A program made the translations under genes and the position numbers. A stretch of 6,296 bases of DNA. It comes from a virus (Duplodnaviria; Heunggongvirae; Uroviricota; Caudoviricetes). Positions 5,459 through 6,296 of this stretch are shown here, piece after piece. The notes under the pieces were generated by a model. The model saw only the letters and a program-made list of their open reading frames with translations. It was not told the DNA's origin and searched no databases. How positions within the stretch are numbered: the stretch's first letter is position 1; every line of letters begins with the position of its first letter. The stretch lies in the IMG/VR virus record IMGVR_UViG_2663762839_000014; one strand, 5' to 3'.

Positions 5459-6296
5459 ATGACGGTCTCAACCGAAATTGACCACAACGAATACACCGGT
5501 AACGGTGTTACAACGATATACCCTTATACCTTTAGGATTTTCCAGAAATCTGATTTAGTAGTGCAGGTTGTTGACCTGAACGAGAACATCACAGAGCTGA
5601 TTCTTGACACTGATTACATAGTTACTGGGCTGGAGGATACAATGGTGGCAATATAATTCTGTCGAAGGCATTGGTTAGCGGTTATCAGATTTCTATATCA
5701 CGAGAGCTTCCGGTTACGCAGGAAACTGATTTGCGTAATCAGGGTAAGTTCTTTGCAGAAGTGCATGAGGATGCTTTTGATAAGCTAACGATGCTGATCC
5801 AGCAGGTTCGAAGTTGGTTTAGCTTGGCGCTGCGCAAGCCGTCAAGTATTGCTAACTGGTACGATGCACTAAATAATTACATCCGTAATCTGAGAGACCC
5901 TAGAGAACCTCAAGATGCAGCCACGAAAAATTATGTTGATACTCTGGCTGTTGGAAATTTCATTCGAACATTACGTGTACCTGAACCTGTCAGGCAGTTC
6001 CCTGATGCAGCAATACGCGCCAACAAGATTCCTGCCTTCGACAGTTCCGGCAATCCGATTGTGGTTTTGCCTCCATCTGGTTCTGCTTCTGACATTATGA
6101 TAGAACTTGCTAAACCAACAGGTGCTGACCATATTGGTACATCATCAGGTGAAACTGTGCAGCATGTAATCGACCGACTTTATCTTCCAAATGATCCCCG
6201 TGGTTATGGCGCACTAACAGAGTCAACAGATAATACCCAAGCGTTCATTCAGGCGATTTATGCTTCACCTAGTGGAATTGTCATAAGGGGAGGTAT
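5459..6296 (+). pseudogene. Phage tailspike / tail-fibre protein, 5' part, interrupted by a -1 frameshift in a G-run at 5627..5629; continues beyond the window
   Basis: From ATG 5459 (SD GGAG 8 nt upstream) the frame reads MTVSTEIDHNEYTGNGVTTIYPYTFRIF...DYIVTG and stops at 5654. The adjacent frame is open from 5614 to the window end (over 225 codons: AGGYNGGNIILSKALVSGYQISISRELPVTQETDLRNQGKFF...). The two frames join if GGG at 5627..5629 was originally GGGG. The last part (PRGYGALTESTDNTQAFIQAI) resembles the start of a pectate-lyase-fold depolymerase domain. Could be a true pseudogene or a homopolymer sequencing error. Confidence 0.7.

Larger units (their letters stand above)
3948..6296. mobile_element. 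Decayed prophage-like or integrative element abutting the guaA terminator; right boundary beyond the window
   Basis: Contains an integrase stub, a Bro-N gene, an SOS box and a tailspike-like gene. It appears more AT-rich than the gua genes by eye (not computed). No tRNA or direct-repeat att site was recognised. Confidence 0.6.

Noticed and set aside
5803-5815. GGTTCGAAG resembling a tRNA T-loop
   Set aside because: It lies inside the tailspike coding frame and lacks the remainder of a tRNA cloverleaf (acceptor stem, anticodon arm, CCA context).
5915-6100. Plus-strand 61-aa ORF
   Set aside because: An alternative frame inside the long open tailspike frame; hydrophobic, low-complexity translation.
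3948-6296. CRISPR array, tRNA/tmRNA attachment site, or toxin-antitoxin pair in the island
   Set aside because: No regularly spaced direct repeats, no cloverleaf-compatible sequence, and no adjacent small ORF pair with the usual overlap were seen on either strand.

Overview
The window holds a conserved enterobacterial housekeeping block followed by what looks like a decayed, horizontally acquired prophage-like element. The housekeeping block is the 5' part of xseA on the minus strand (1..594), divergently transcribed from the guaB-guaA operon (756..2222 and 2291..3868, plus strand), which ends in a clear intrinsic terminator (3917..3947). Downstream lies an AT-richer region containing: a P4-family integrase gene cut off after about 50 codons; a Bro-N (antirepressor-like) gene on the minus strand whose 3' end runs antisense into the integrase stub; a hairpin-dense non-coding stretch with a minus-strand intrinsic terminator; an 85-codon minus-strand ORF preceded by a near-consensus LexA (SOS) box; and the 5' part of a tailspike/tail-fibre gene interrupted by a frameshift in a G-run. 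The most interesting signals are non-coding: the SOS box, three same-orientation copies of a dyad motif TTACC-nnAAA-GGTA(A), a candidate ~120-nt structured small RNA with its own promoter and terminator, and two hairpins with different stems but an identical hexaloop. All identifications rest on reading the sequence and recalled family knowledge; no searches or computations were run, and the biological roles proposed for the island elements are hypotheses.
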